Part shown: positions 1 through 10,260 of the stretch, in pieces
Numbering within the stretch: the stretch's first letter is position 1
Layout: the number at the start of each line of letters is the position of its first letter
DNA from: an uncultured Acidobacteriaceae bacterium
GTDB taxonomy: Bacteria; Acidobacteriota; Terriglobia; Terriglobales; Acidobacteriaceae
Length of the DNA stretch: 64,000 bases
Reading direction: 5' to 3'
Assembly (NCBI GenBank): GCA_963735895.1
Contig: CAVTMQ010000002.1
Span: 305,938-369,937, forward strand
The notes under the pieces: generated by a model
What the model saw: only the letters and a program-made list of their open reading frames with translations
What the model was told of the DNA's origin: nothing
Databases searched by the model: none
Position numbers and translations under genes: made by a program

Positions 1-1
1 A

Positions 2-145
2 ACAGCGACGGAGTTCGAGCACTGGTTTGGCCCATCGGAGCTCAGAATCATCGACTTTGCGCCCCGCCCCTCGACCGGCGTCGCCACCAGTATGTCGAAC
101 ATGAGCGTCGCTGGCCTTACCGGTGCACTGACGGGAGCGGTGTAG
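2..145 (+). CDS. 3' end of a gene running in from the left edge; probable PilM-like pilus/T2SS assembly protein
   Basis: Open frame TATEFEHWFGPSELRIIDFAPRPSTG...AGLTGALTGAV* ends at TAG 143-145, 1 nt before the PilN-like gene. Identity is inferred from operon position only. Confidence 0.5.
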   Translation, partial: TATEFEHWFGPSELRIIDFAPRPSTGVATSMSNMSVAGLTGALTGAV

Positions 146-146
146 A

Positions 147-911
147 GTGCGTGTAGCAATCAATCTCGCCTCACGGCCGTTTGCCGATCTCGCGCCGGCG
201 CTGAAGAACCTGCGCATCGCCATGGGCGCGCTGGCTTTGGTCGCTATCGGCCTCGTCCTCGGCCTCCATGCACTGCACGACAAGGCCGAAGCCGCCCGTA
301 CCCGTGCTCACTCCCTCGACGGAAAGATTGCGCAGATTACCCAGGAGCGCCATGGCTACCAGGCCATGATGCAGCAGCCGGACAATGCCCGCACCCTCCA
401 GCAGGCCGAGAGTCTCAATCAGCTCTTTGACGAGAAATCCTTTTCGTGGACCCTCGCCATGGAAGACCTTGAGACTGTCCTCCCCGCCGGTGTCCAGGTT
501 ACGACCCTTGAACCCACCGTGAAGGGCGACCAAATCACCGTGCGCCTGCGCGTCGCTGGCCCGCGCGATCGTGACGTTGAATTGGTGCAGAACCTTGAAC
601 GCTCACGCCACTTTCTCTTACCGCGCATCGTAGGCGAAACAGCGGAGTCAGAAGGCGGCCCCAATCAGCGCCCCGAGCCGGTAAGCGCTTCGAACCGCGT
701 CAACTTCGACATGCTTGCTGACTACACCCCTGGTGCACCGGAAGAGCGCAAGCTGGCCCGGGAAAAATCTGCCGCCGCATCAAAGGGCCATGGCAATGAC
801 AATCCCGGTGCGGCAATCCCGCAGACGGGGACCGCGTCCGGCCGCTCTCCCCACACCGGCATGCCCCGGCCGCGCGTCCCGTTGCAGCCCAATAGAGGAG
901 CGCCGCGATGA
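147..911 (+). CDS. pilN: PilN-domain (fimbrial assembly/GspL-like) inner-membrane protein
   Basis: INLASRPF N-terminus, one TM helix, coiled coil, then 'W..MEDLETVLPAGVQVTTL' and 'LVQNLERSRHF' ferredoxin-like PilN pattern. Overlaps the next start. Confidence 0.75.
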   Translation: MRVAINLASRPFADLAPALKNLRIAMGALALVAIGLVLGLHALHDKAEAARTRAHSLDGKIAQITQERHGYQAMMQQPDNARTLQQAESLNQLFDEKSFSWTLAMEDLETVLPAGVQVTTLEPTVKGDQITVRLRVAGPRDRDVELVQNLERSRHFLLPRIVGETAESEGGPNQRPEPVSASNRVNFDMLADYTPGAPEERKLAREKSAAASKGHGNDNPGAAIPQTGTASGRSPHTGMPRPRVPLQPNRGAPR

Positions 912-1540
912 GCCCGAATCCCGTCACGGCGCGCGAGCGGCTGGCTTCTCCCTTGACCTGGCACTACGCAGGTCTGGCCATCATGATCCTCATCGTCGCT
1001 GGCCTCGCCATCCGTCTCGGAATGGACTGGTCGGCGACCGACTCCAGTTCGAATGATGCCCTGGTGAACAAGCAAATTGAGCTGAAGACTCTCGAAGTGC
1101 AGACGGCTCCTCTCCGCGGATTGGAAGAGCGCGTGAAACAATCGCGCACCCAGATCCAGGATTTCTACGCAAAGCGCATTCCCGCTAACTACTCCTCCAT
1201 CGCACTGGAGGTTGGAAATCTGAGATTGAAGTCCGGCGTGCTGCTTTCACGTGTGCAGTACACCCAGGGCGCAACCGCGGGCGACCTCACCGAGATCTCG
1301 CTCGACTGTTCCATCAGCGGCGAATACCAGCAGATCATGCAGTTCGTGAATGGCCTCGAACGCGCCAAGACCTTTTTCGTGATTCGCTCGATGGCTTTCA
1401 CAGGCCAGCAGGGCGGACTCGTAAGTTTGCGCCTGCGCGTCTCCACCTGGCTCCGCCCCCCGGACGTGCCGGGTTGGATGACACCGACGCCCGCGGATAC
1501 ACCCGCGACCACGGCTCCGACAGCGCAGGAGGGCGAGTAG
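908..1540 (+). CDS. pilO: PilO/GspM-like assembly protein
   Basis: TM helix plus coiled coil plus '[26 protein letters not shown]' PilO-like motif. ATGA overlap with pilN. Confidence 0.7.
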   Translation: MSPNPVTARERLASPLTWHYAGLAIMILIVAGLAIRLGMDWSATDSSSNDALVNKQIELKTLEVQTAPLRGLEERVKQSRTQIQDFYAKRIPANYSSIALEVGNLRLKSGVLLSRVQYTQGATAGDLTEISLDCSISGEYQQIMQFVNGLERAKTFFVIRSMAFTGQQGGLVSLRLRVSTWLRPPDVPGWMTPTPADTPATTAPTAQEGE

Positions 1541-1541
1541 C

Positions 1542-2159
1542 ATGGCCATCCCTCTTGGAATTGAAAACAAGCGACAGGTCTACATCGTGATCGCACTCGC
1601 GATCATCATCCTCAGTGCTGGTGGTTATGAGCTCTACAACTCCTTCAGCACACCATCGACGCCCGTAGTGACCGCGCCGGCTCGTCCCAATGTCGCTGCA
1701 CGCCCCGGCAACGGAACAAATCAGCGGGCAACCGCCGCCGCAGGCCCCCAGGCTCAACACGTCGCCAGCAATAATATCGATCCGACTCTGCACTTCGACA
1801 AGCTCGCCCAGAGCGAAGACGTGGTCTACGCGGGCACGGGCCGCAACATTTTCTCCGCCCAGTCAGCGCCCGTGATCCCCCAGCCAATAGCGCCGGCGAG
1901 ACCCAACCAGAACAATGTGGCCGATACTGTGCCGCAAGTGCCGCGTCCGCCCGCGATCGACCTGAAGTACTTCGGCTATTCGCAAAGCCGCGATAAATCC
2001 ATGCAGGCGTTTCTCGTTCGCGGCGACGACATCTTCCTGGCACGACCTGGCGACGTTGTGGATCACCGCTACAAGGTCGACTCCATCATGCCGGGGTCCG
2101 TACAGATCACCGACCTCGGCTACAACAACACCCAAACCGTCCCCCTCTCCGTGAATTAG
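1542..2159 (+). CDS. PilP/GspC-like accessory membrane protein (hypothetical)
   Basis: N-terminal TM, Pro-rich linker, 'GRNIF', and C-terminal beta domain 'LKYFGY...[22 protein letters not shown]'. Fourth position in the operon. Confidence 0.6.
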   Translation: MAIPLGIENKRQVYIVIALAIIILSAGGYELYNSFSTPSTPVVTAPARPNVAARPGNGTNQRATAAAGPQAQHVASNNIDPTLHFDKLAQSEDVVYAGTGRNIFSAQSAPVIPQPIAPARPNQNNVADTVPQVPRPPAIDLKYFGYSQSRDKSMQAFLVRGDDIFLARPGDVVDHRYKVDSIMPGSVQITDLGYNNTQTVPLSVN

Positions 2160-2206
2160 GTATGAGCCACGTTGAATGCAATCGCTGCAGTTTTCCCAAA
2201 TGGAAG

Positions 2207-2282
2207 TGTCATCCTGAGCGGAGCGGCCTGGGGCCCCGCAGACGGAAGTCTGTGGGGTAAGCGGAGCGAAGGACCTGCTTTT
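2207..2282 (+). repeat. REP-like palindromic repeat, family A (TGTCATCCTGAGCG...GAAGGA(C/T)CTGC), copy 1
   Basis: Shares its ends with copies at 10261, 30071, 31303 and 34208. Internal hairpin CCCCGCAGAC-GGAA-GTCTGTGGGG. Confidence 0.85.
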
Positions 2283-2308
2283 CCTGAGGAGACACAACCA
2301 ATCAAGCA

Positions 2309-3205
2309 ATGAACCCGCCTACCCCAAACCGTCGTCGTCCCTCCGAAGAGGGCTACATCCTCGTCGCCGTCATCTTCATGATGGCCATCCTCATCCTGTC
2401 GCTCGCCATCGCCGTCCCGCGCGTGCGCGAAAGCATTCAGCGCGATCGCGAAGAAGAAACCATGCAGCGCGGCAAGCAATACGTTCGCGCCGTCCAGCTC
2501 TATTACCGCAAGTTCAACGCCTACCCGCCCAACGTGGACGCGCTGGTCAAGACCAACAACATCCGCTTCCTTCGCAAGAAGTACGTCGATCCCACAACCG
2601 GCAAGGATGAGTGGAAATCGATTCAGTTCGGCCAGAACAAGACCCCGCAGGCGATGGGCTTCTTTGGCCAACCTCTGGCAGCCGCAAACGGTGCAGGCAT
2701 CGGTCCCAGCGGCGGAAACACGGGCACGACCACAGGAATTGGAGGGACAAGCTCCACCACGAATAGTGGCCTCTTCAACAGCAGCCCCACCAGTTCCACG
2801 GATTCTGGAGCCGGTACGACAGGTCAAAGCGGATCTGCCGGCACCGATGCCAACGGCAACCCCATCTCCGGAACGGGTACAACGGGAACGACCGGCTCAT
2901 CCGGCTCCGCGTTCGGCTCCTCCAGCAATCCCACCGGCAGCGGGCAGTCCTTCGGCGGCGGTGGCATCATCGGCTTCTCACCCCAGAGCCCCAAGCAATC
3001 CCTGATGATCTACAAAAAGAAAAACCATTACAACGAGTGGGAGTTTCTCTACAGCCCGATGATGGACCAGCAGAACATGGTGGGAGGAAACACTGGCGCG
3101 GTCGGCCAGCCTGCGAGCGGAACGACGACGCCCATTGGCGGCGGCACAGGCACCACACCCACTGCACCAACCACCCCCACAACGCCTACGACGCCGCAGC
3201 AATAG
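2309..3205 (+). CDS. Type II secretion/type IV pilin-like pseudopilin with Gly/Thr/Ser-rich insert
   Basis: Basic leader then class III-like 'EEG|YILVAVIFMMAIL' hydrophobic helix; 'RFLRKKYVDPTTG' and 'HYNEWEFLY' motifs. Confidence 0.7.
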   Translation: MNPPTPNRRRPSEEGYILVAVIFMMAILILSLAIAVPRVRESIQRDREEETMQRGKQYVRAVQLYYRKFNAYPPNVDALVKTNNIRFLRKKYVDPTTGKDEWKSIQFGQNKTPQAMGFFGQPLAAANGAGIGPSGGNTGTTTGIGGTSSTTNSGLFNSSPTSSTDSGAGTTGQSGSAGTDANGNPISGTGTTGTTGSSGSAFGSSSNPTGSGQSFGGGGIIGFSPQSPKQSLMIYKKKNHYNEWEFLYSPMMDQQNMVGGNTGAVGQPASGTTTPIGGGTGTTPTAPTTPTTPTTPQQ

Positions 3206-3231
3206 AAATCGCCCGAACTCCTCCAGACGCA

Positions 3232-3261
3232 AGAGAGCCCGTCCATCAGGACGGGCTCTCT
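3232..3261. terminator. Hairpin between convergent genes (probable bidirectional terminator)
   Basis: AGAGAGCCCGTCC-ATCA-GGACGGGCTCTCT, perfect 13-bp stem. Confidence 0.7.
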
Positions 3262-3284
3262 GCACGCTTCAACCCAGAGGCGCA

Positions 3285-3656
3285 CTAAACGCTGAACGAT
3301 GATCCGCAGCCGCAGGTCGACTTCACCTGGGGATTCTCAAACTTGAAGCCAGCCGCCTCAAGAGTCTCGACATAATCGACCGTGCAGCCGTTCAGATACA
3401 TCAGCGAAGTGGCATCAACAAATAGCTTCAGGTCATCAAAGTTGAAGACCTTGTCCATCATGCCGGCCTGGTTCTCAAATGCCATCGAGTACTGGAAGCC
3501 GGAGCAGCCGCCGCCCACCACTCCAATGCGCAGACCGGCAGGAAGCGGATCCTGGGTAGCCATAATCTCGCGTACCTTGGCGATTGCCTGCGGTGTGAGC
3601 AAAAGAGGAGCCTTCTTTTCGGTTTCCTGCGTGGGTGCTGTGGTGGTAGTTGCCAT
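3285..3656 (-). CDS. iscA: HesB/IscA/ErpA-family A-type Fe-S carrier
   Basis: GGGCSGFQY and C-terminal CGCGSSF signatures. Confidence 0.92.
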   Translation of the reverse strand: MATTTTAPTQETEKKAPLLLTPQAIAKVREIMATQDPLPAGLRIGVVGGGCSGFQYSMAFENQAGMMDKVFNFDDLKLFVDATSLMYLNGCTVDYVETLEAAGFKFENPQVKSTCGCGSSFSV

Positions 3657-3883
3657 GGTTTCTCCCGGTTATGCTGAAATCTTTCCTGATATTACTGTAC
3701 TTCCCCGCAATGGGCTGTACAAGTCCATTAGTCACTCGTTCTGTTTGATGCTGCGGGGGATATGAAAGTCGCGAACTTGCCACGAGCCCCTTCTTCATCC
3801 CCACACCGTCCGGCGCCCGTCATTAATCGCTGCATTCTCAATCAATTCGAGCTTCCCAGCTCTTCCCAAAGCCGCAAATTACC

Positions 3884-3927
3884 TGTGATTCGCGTCACGA
3901 AGAAGCCGCATCTTTCGGGGCTATGAT
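3884..3927 (+). promoter_or_regulatory. CRP/FNR-family-like box with downstream -10 element (class II geometry)
   Basis: TGTGA-N6-TCACG at 3884-3899 and TATGAT at 3922-3927. The box centre is about 42 nt upstream of the predicted start site. Confidence 0.45.
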
Positions 3928-4016
3928 TTCAGCCGTACAACCACCGGATCGAGGCAGATCCTCCAAATCTACGGATCCTGCCGATAGCTGGGTGGAAACT
4001 CGCTGGAGGTAACTTT

Positions 4017-4289
4017 ATGACATTTGTTTCTGTTATGTGGTCCGTGTGGGGGCTCACGGTCCTGGTGATGGCGGTCATGTTCTTATATCGCTCCCGGCTA
4101 ACCAAGGATGAGGCAGATCAGATCTTCCTCGATGATTCTTTCAAGAGTGAGCAGACCGCCCAGCAGGCGATCGCTGAGAAGGTGAAAAGGTTTCAGCCTT
4201 TGATCCGGGTTTCGGAGATCGTTGCCGCTGTCGCAACCCTCTTCGTCATCGGCTATTACGTCAACGACATAATCAATCAGTTCAAATAG
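4017..4289 (+). CDS. Small two-TM membrane protein (hypothetical)
   Basis: GGAGGT RBS, two hydrophobic helices, followed by a terminator. Confidence 0.8.
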   Translation: MTFVSVMWSVWGLTVLVMAVMFLYRSRLTKDEADQIFLDDSFKSEQTAQQAIAEKVKRFQPLIRVSEIVAAVATLFVIGYYVNDIINQFK

Positions 4290-4310
4290 AGCGTAGTCGC
4301 CCGTCTCCCT

Positions 4311-4354
4311 CCAAAGAACAAGGGGCAGCCCGGTGGCTGCCCCTTGTTCTTTGG
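4311..4354. terminator. Bidirectional intrinsic terminator
   Basis: Perfect 20-bp inverted repeat CCAAAGAACAAGGGGCAGCC-CGGT-GGCTGCCCCTTGTTCTTTGG between convergent genes. Confidence 0.8.
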
Positions 4355-4365
4355 TTCTTTGAGCC

Positions 4366-5601
4366 TTACTCCACTTCCTGCTTCGCTCTATAACCATCAC
4401 GCGCGATGACGTCGTATTTCAAAGGCTTGTGCTTCTCATCCTGGAAGCGCAAAGGTTTCCCTTCATCGTCCACCAGTTCAACGCGCAATTTCCGATAGGT
4501 TCCATCCTGCTTCGCGTCGCTCGGGTGATAAACCAGTTCGTATTTTGACCGGATTGCCTTATTGATATCCGCAAAAATATCCGGCATCTCGCCCACAAAC
4601 CGCGGCGCAAAAAACATTCCGCCGGTCATTTTCGCAAAGGTCCTCATCTGGTTGTCGGCCTGCAGGTAGTCGATGTCGCGCATCTGGGCGCCCACGCCTG
4701 GACCGCCCTCCGTCATGGTGCGCATTGCGCCCCCCGTCGAAATCGCGAAAATCGTAATATCCGGCGTTGTCTTCACCTTCTGGTAGATCTTGTCGAGCGT
4801 GATCTTCGAGAACGTGTCCCGTCCCGAAGCAATCAGGATGATGTATTTGTGCCCATCTATCCGGGTCAGGCGATCTTCTGCCTCATAAAGAGCATCGAAG
4901 AGGTTCCGCTCCGAGAATCCTGGAATCACCAGTGACTGAATCGCATTCAACAGCTGTCGCTTGTCCTGCGTGAAATCCAACCAGATCTGGGTGCGCATGT
5001 CGAAGGTCATCAGCGCCACATAATCCTGCGGCCGCAGCTGCTGAGCAAACTCCCAGGCCGCGTTCCGCATGTCATAGAGAAAGCTGTAGGTGTAGTTGCT
5101 GTTTGCAAACTCGCACAGCATCAGTGCGGTAATCGGCGCTTCCACGCGCTTGAATCCCGTGACCTTCTGCTCCACGCCGTTTTCATACACTTTGAAATTT
5201 GCCGGTTTCAGCCCCGGAACGAACTGTCCCGTCTTCTCCAGCAGCACGCCCACATCCACCGTGACCTCGGGAACATCCACTCGCAGCGAATAGTCCCCTG
5301 CCCCCTCCGGGTTCTTGAACTTCGGTGCTGCCGGTGCCGGTGGCGGCGTGTCGTCGGATTTGTCCTTCTTCTTCGGCATCGCAATCGCGCCGTTATCGCC
5401 GGTAGGCCCACCCGCATCGGGCGCAGTTTGATCCGGCTGCTGCGCCGGTGGGTTCGTTTGCGGCTGCGTGGATGGCGTCTGTTGCGGCTGAGCTGGCGGA
5501 GTGCTCTGCGCCAAGCCCACTGGAACAAGCACCAAAGCAGCCAGCAGGGTTAGTGAAACAAAACGGCAACGGCGAGAATTGTACGGGCGAATCGTTGGCA
5601 T
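4366..5601 (-). CDS. Secreted VWA-domain protein (acidobacterial VWFA-related type)
   Basis: Signal peptide, Pro/Gln linker, 'FVPGLKPANFKVYENGVEQKVTGF', 'NLFDALY', 'DGTYRKLRVEL', 'ARDGYRA'. Start placed at ATG 5601. Confidence 0.85.
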   Translation of the reverse strand: MPTIRPYNSRRCRFVSLTLLAALVLVPVGLAQSTPPAQPQQTPSTQPQTNPPAQQPDQTAPDAGGPTGDNGAIAMPKKKDKSDDTPPPAPAAPKFKNPEGAGDYSLRVDVPEVTVDVGVLLEKTGQFVPGLKPANFKVYENGVEQKVTGFKRVEAPITALMLCEFANSNYTYSFLYDMRNAAWEFAQQLRPQDYVALMTFDMRTQIWLDFTQDKRQLLNAIQSLVIPGFSERNLFDALYEAEDRLTRIDGHKYIILIASGRDTFSKITLDKIYQKVKTTPDITIFAISTGGAMRTMTEGGPGVGAQMRDIDYLQADNQMRTFAKMTGGMFFAPRFVGEMPDIFADINKAIRSKYELVYHPSDAKQDGTYRKLRVELVDDEGKPLRFQDEKHKPLKYDVIARDGYRAKQEVE

Positions 5602-5770
5602 GACGGCCTCTGTGTTCACAGCATAGGGATTGCCCAAAGGAATCGGCAAGCAAAGCAGCACAACTGTCGAAACAACCACCAACTTTGGGCGTCAAAACCT
5701 TAGACGCATGGCAAACAGAACGAAAAAGCAATTTTCCGGTGCAATGCCGCTCCGGTTTAATCTTATAGAC

Positions 5771-7645
5771 GTGAAACTCCGCCTCAAGGCAATCTCGCGC
5801 CCGCTTCGAACGCTGACCCAAGCATCGGCTGCCGTCTTGCTCGCCACGGCCCTGTCGGTCCCGCTCACAGCACAAGATACACCTGCGCCCCTCGGTCCCC
5901 CACCGTCCGGGGAGGCTTTCTACCCCCTGAGCCAGGTCCATCGCGGGCAGATGGCCACGGCCTGGACGGTTTTCACCGGCACCAAACCGGAGCCCATGCA
6001 GGTCGAAATCCTCGGTGTGCTTCGCGGTGCGCGCGGCCCGGGAGAGGACATGATCCTCGCCAAGTTGCTCGGTGCAAAGCCCGAATACACTGGCGTCGTC
6101 GCCGGGATGAGCGGCAGCCCCGTCTATATCGGCAACCGGCTCCTCGGCTCCCTCTCTTACCGCATCGGCCAGTTTGCCAAGGATCCCATTGCCGGCATCA
6201 CTCCCATCGCGCAGATGCTCGAAGTCAAAGACATGCCGGTCAGCACTCAATGGGCCTCGGCATCGCCTTCGACCCGTCACCCGTCGGCGGAAAATGGCGT
6301 TTCATCCGATGAAATGGGCTTTCAGGCCATGGAAACGCCGCTGGTGATGAGCGGTTTTCACCCTGAGGCCATCCGTCTATGGCAAAAAGAAATGGCCGGC
6401 ACGGGCCTCGAAATGGTCGCTGCCGGAGGCGGGAGCGGTTCGTCGAAGTCCGATGCCGACGGCTCCTTCGGCGCGATCTCTCCTTCGGCCGTCGCCAGCA
6501 TCGTCCCCGGTTCCGCAGTGAGTGCGCAGCTGGTTCGCGGCGATCTTGAAGTCTCCGCCACTTGCACCGTTACCTATGTCGACCCCAAACAGCTTCTGGC
6601 GTGCGGACACCCGATCCTTCAGGCCGGCACCGTCTCGCTGCCCATGACCACCGCCGAAGTGGTCGAGACGTTGGCCTCGCCCCTGAACGCATTCAAGATC
6701 ATCAACACCGGCGACCCCATCGGCACTTTCACTGAAGATCGCGACTCCGCGATTCGAGGCGTCCTCGGCGTCCGGCCGCACATGATCCCGGTGCACATCA
6801 CCGTGCATGGCGAGGGCCCTGACCGCAAGCTGAACATCGAGGTGGTCGATCTGCCTTCGCTCACCCCGCAGGCAATTCTCGTATCGCTCTACGACGCTCT
6901 ACTTGAGAACAATCAAAGCAGTCTCGAAACCAGTTACCACGTCAGGGGCAATGTCAACATCGACGGCTATCCCCCGTCGCCGCTCGATCTCTGGGCACCG
7001 GCCGGCGATCAAGGCTCCGCGCAGCTCTCCGCAGCCATGCAAACCGATCAGAGCTTTTCCCTGCTCTACGCCAACGGCGCGCGTCAGGGTGCCATCAAGG
7101 CTGTCGACCTCGATGTGGACTCGATTCCGAGACGCGCACAGGTGGAACTCGAAACCGCGCGCATCGACTCCGGCAACATCGTTCATGCCGGCGACACCGT
7201 CCTCGTTGAAGCCACCGTCCGCCCCTGGCAGCAGCCCGCACGAAACATCCGCATCCCCATCAACCTGCCTCCCGGAATCCCCGCCGGAACGGTTCGCCTG
7301 CTCGTCTCCGATGCCGGAACCCTCGACCACGCCCTGAATCAGCCGCGCATCACCAACCGCAGCGTGGACCTCGAGACCGCGCTCGCGCAGGCGCGCAGCC
7401 AGCATCCCGCTGATCGCATCTTTGTCAGCCTCCTGTTGCCCGACGCCCAAGCCGGCGTAGACGGCCAAACCCTCTCCGCTCTTCCGCTGTCTGTCGCCAA
7501 TGCTCTGGAACCTCTGCGCACCGCCAAGGACGTAACGCTGAATGGAGAGTCCGCCGTCGTCGCCGCCGAAGCGCCTGCTGGCGGCGTCCTCAGCGGATTT
7601 CAAATCCTCAACCTGCACGTCGAGCCGGGCGGCGGTTTACACTAG
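5771..7645 (+). CDS. SpoIVB-family (S55) serine peptidase
   Basis: 'GVVAGMSGSPVYI...LLGSLSY...AGITPI' S55 catalytic-Ser motif and a signal peptide. Start uncertain (GTG 5771). Confidence 0.85.
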   Translation: MKLRLKAISRPLRTLTQASAAVLLATALSVPLTAQDTPAPLGPPPSGEAFYPLSQVHRGQMATAWTVFTGTKPEPMQVEILGVLRGARGPGEDMILAKLLGAKPEYTGVVAGMSGSPVYIGNRLLGSLSYRIGQFAKDPIAGITPIAQMLEVKDMPVSTQWASASPSTRHPSAENGVSSDEMGFQAMETPLVMSGFHPEAIRLWQKEMAGTGLEMVAAGGGSGSSKSDADGSFGAISPSAVASIVPGSAVSAQLVRGDLEVSATCTVTYVDPKQLLACGHPILQAGTVSLPMTTAEVVETLASPLNAFKIINTGDPIGTFTEDRDSAIRGVLGVRPHMIPVHITVHGEGPDRKLNIEVVDLPSLTPQAILVSLYDALLENNQSSLETSYHVRGNVNIDGYPPSPLDLWAPAGDQGSAQLSAAMQTDQSFSLLYANGARQGAIKAVDLDVDSIPRRAQVELETARIDSGNIVHAGDTVLVEATVRPWQQPARNIRIPINLPPGIPAGTVRLLVSDAGTLDHALNQPRITNRSVDLETALAQARSQHPADRIFVSLLLPDAQAGVDGQTLSALPLSVANALEPLRTAKDVTLNGESAVVAAEAPAGGVLSGFQILNLHVEPGGGLH

Positions 7646-7741
7646 ACTTAACCTGCACCGCTTACGTAAATTCGTCGCACTCGTACGGCCCAGGAATTTG
7701 GCCCCTTTTTGCGACCCCCCAGCGAGGACTGCGGAACGACC

Positions 7742-8749
7742 ATGGCCCTAATTCAAGGACTAGCAGCTCACGCAGCGGGCGCCGAACTTTTGCCTTTTCG
7801 CTACGAACCCGGTGAACTGGGCGTGCAGGAAGTCGAAATCGGCATTACCCACTGCGGCATTTGTCATAGTGACCTCCACCTGATTTCAAACGACTGGGGT
7901 ATCAGTCAGTATCCTTTCATCCCTGGACACGAAATCATCGGCATTATCACCGCCGTCGGGCCCCAGGTGCGCTCGCTTAAGGTTGGCCAGCGCGTCGGCC
8001 TTGGCTGGCAGTCCAACTCCTGCGGCGAATGCGAATGGTGCAGCCGCGGCCTTGAGAATCTGTGCCCCTCGATGGAGGCCACCTGCGTTCATCGCAACGG
8101 CGGTTACGCTGACCGTGTGCGTGCCAATGCCCGCTTCGTCATGCGCATTCACGACGCCCTCTCCAGCGAACAGGCCGCTCCTCTGCTCTGCGGCGGCATC
8201 ACTGTCTATAGCCCAATGCGGGACCACTGCATCAATCCATCGTCACGCGTAGGCGTCGTCGGAATCGGCGGCCTGGGACACATCGCCATTCAGTTTGCGC
8301 GCGTCTTCGGCGCAGAGGTCACCGCCTTCTCCACCTCGACTAGCAAGGAAGAAGAGGCTCTTGCACTCGGCGCGCATCGCTTCGTGCATTCACGTGAATC
8401 GAAAGCCATGAAAGAAGTCGCCGGCTCACTCGACTTCATTTTGAACACCGCCAATGCCGATCAGGATTGGAACGTCTACATTCAGGCGCTCCGTCCAACC
8501 GGCACGCTATGTTTTGTTGGCGTGCCCCCTTCGCCAGTGTCGCTGCAGGCGTTCCCACTCATCTCCGGCATTCGCACCATCACCGGCAGCCCCATCGGCA
8601 GCCCGCAAAGGATGCGCGAGATGCTCGATGTGGCCGCCCGCCATGGGGTCAAGGCCACAACCGAGGCCTTCGCCATGACCAAGGCCAATGAGGCCATCGA
8701 AAGAGTGAAGAAGAACAAGGTGCGCTATCGCGCCGTCCTTGCCAACTGA
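7742..8749 (+). CDS. Zn-dependent NAD(P)H alcohol/aldehyde dehydrogenase (Ahr/YahK cinnamyl-ADH family)
   Basis: CGICHSDLH, GHE, CxxCxxC...C structural Zn, APLLCGGITVYSP, GIGGLG. Confidence 0.92.
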   Translation: MALIQGLAAHAAGAELLPFRYEPGELGVQEVEIGITHCGICHSDLHLISNDWGISQYPFIPGHEIIGIITAVGPQVRSLKVGQRVGLGWQSNSCGECEWCSRGLENLCPSMEATCVHRNGGYADRVRANARFVMRIHDALSSEQAAPLLCGGITVYSPMRDHCINPSSRVGVVGIGGLGHIAIQFARVFGAEVTAFSTSTSKEEEALALGAHRFVHSRESKAMKEVAGSLDFILNTANADQDWNVYIQALRPTGTLCFVGVPPSPVSLQAFPLISGIRTITGSPIGSPQRMREMLDVAARHGVKATTEAFAMTKANEAIERVKKNKVRYRAVLAN

Positions 8750-8753
8750 ACCG

Positions 8754-8778
8754 AACGGGCGCCCCGCGGGCGCCCGTT
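8754..8778. terminator. GC-rich hairpin between convergent genes
   Basis: AACGGGCGCCC-CGC-GGGCGCCCGTT. Confidence 0.55.
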
Positions 8779-8815
8779 GACTTTGCTGCGAGGAACACTC
8801 TGCGCAGGGCCTGCT

Positions 8816-9199
8816 CTATTGCGCCGCCACAGGAACTTGCTTGCTCTTCAGCCCTTCCGACACCCGTCGCAGCAGATCCTGCGGGTGCAACGGCTTGTTC
8901 AACAGGGTGAAATGATGCCCATTTTCGCGTGCACTAGCCAGCAGATCGGCTGTCGATGCCTGCCCGGAGAAAAGAATAATCTTGCATTCGGGAAAGATCC
9001 GCCGCACTGAAATCGCAAGTTCAATGCCCGTCATGCCCGGAAGAACCACATCTGTAATTAGCATCGCAGGTGGCGTCAGCAGCGCAGTTTCCAGCGCGCT
9101 GTCTCCATCGTATTCAGCCACTCCGTGATACCCGCTTCGCGAGAGAATCTCAGCCAGGGTATCTGCAATCACGCTCTCGTCGTCAACGACCAGGACCAC
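8816..9199 (-). CDS. Single-domain response regulator (receiver). True start probably GTG near 9281 with a small indel.
   Basis: VLVVDDE...LITDVVLPGMTG...FSG...KP receiver motifs. Upstream MSKVKIFPTVPLREVP lies in a different frame behind GAGGTG. Confidence 0.85.
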   Translation of the reverse strand: MVLVVDDESVIADTLAEILSRSGYHGVAEYDGDSALETALLTPPAMLITDVVLPGMTGIELAISVRRIFPECKIILFSGQASTADLLASARENGHHFTLLNKPLHPQDLLRRVSEGLKSKQVPVAAQ

Positions 9200-9518
9200 G
9201 GGCCGATGACCTCCGGCTTTACTATCCTCGGGGCGGGGACTTCCCTAAGCGGAACGGTGGGAAAAATCTTGACCTTGCTCACTTGTATTCACCTCTCGAA
9301 TTCAACCTAGCAGGTATTTTCGCATACGGGGTATCTCTTTGAGATTACGCTCTAAATGATTACAATATCGAGAGTTATATGAAATTGATAGACTAACCTT
9401 ATGAGTTTGACAGTTACTGCCTGAATAGTAATAGGATAGCTTTACGATGGTTTAGCCATACGTTAAGAACACGTCTCCCGAACGATGAGGAGCAAACCCC
9501 ATCCCGAGGACGCTTCCC

Positions 9519-9800
9519 ATGGCCACGAATCCGAATTCCGATACGCCGGCAATGAATTACCAGTCAATCAAACAGATTGATGTCCCGAAAGGGCGGGATG
9601 GCAAGCACAAGCAAATCGTCAATCAGCTCCTGAGCGACATTGAACAGCTGGAGCCGGACCGCGCGCTCAAGATCCCGCTTGAAGCACTGCCCGACAGTAA
9701 GGAAAACATCCGCTCAGCGTTGAATCGCGCCACTCACCAGAAAGGCGTTGAGGTCGCGACGTCGAGCGATGCCGATTTCCTCTATATCTGGAGAATTTAA
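9519..9800 (+). CDS. Small conserved-looking hypothetical protein
   Basis: GAGG RBS, typical codon usage, globular composition. Function not recognised. Confidence 0.75.
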   Translation: MATNPNSDTPAMNYQSIKQIDVPKGRDGKHKQIVNQLLSDIEQLEPDRALKIPLEALPDSKENIRSALNRATHQKGVEVATSSDADFLYIWRI

Positions 9801-9835
9801 AACGCGGGCTTCCTGATGCATTCCCGCGAGATCTT

Positions 9836-10234
9836 GTGACGTCTGGGCAAAACGTGAATTCCGTCCGCATCGACAAATGGCTTTGGGCTGCGCGCTTCTT
9901 CAAGACGCGCGCCCTCGCCTCGAAGGCTTGCGACCTGGGCCGCATTCGCTCCAACGACATCGAAGCCAAGCCTGCACGCGACGTTCGGATCGGCGATATG
10001 CTCCGCATCAAAAACGAAGGCGGCGAGTTTCACATCGAGGTTTTGCAGATCAGCGAGATGCGCGGTCCGGCCGCTGTCGCGCAGGCTCTCTACCGAGAAA
10101 CCGAAGCCAGCAAGGAGCAACGGCAGCGCGAAGCCGCCGAACGCAAGGCGATGCAGCAATACGCTCCCCTTCCCGAACACCGCCCCTCCAAACGCGACCG
10201 CCGCCGCATCATCCAGTTCCGCACCGGACAATGA
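9836..10234 (+). CDS. hslR: Ribosome-associated heat shock protein Hsp15 (S4 domain)
   Basis: VRIDKWLWAARFFKTR, 'RGPA..AQALY.ET', RPSKRDRR. Confidence 0.92.
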   Translation: MTSGQNVNSVRIDKWLWAARFFKTRALASKACDLGRIRSNDIEAKPARDVRIGDMLRIKNEGGEFHIEVLQISEMRGPAAVAQALYRETEASKEQRQREAAERKAMQQYAPLPEHRPSKRDRRRIIQFRTGQ

Positions 10235-10260
10235 ACTTTACGGCACTTCTATGCGAGAAG

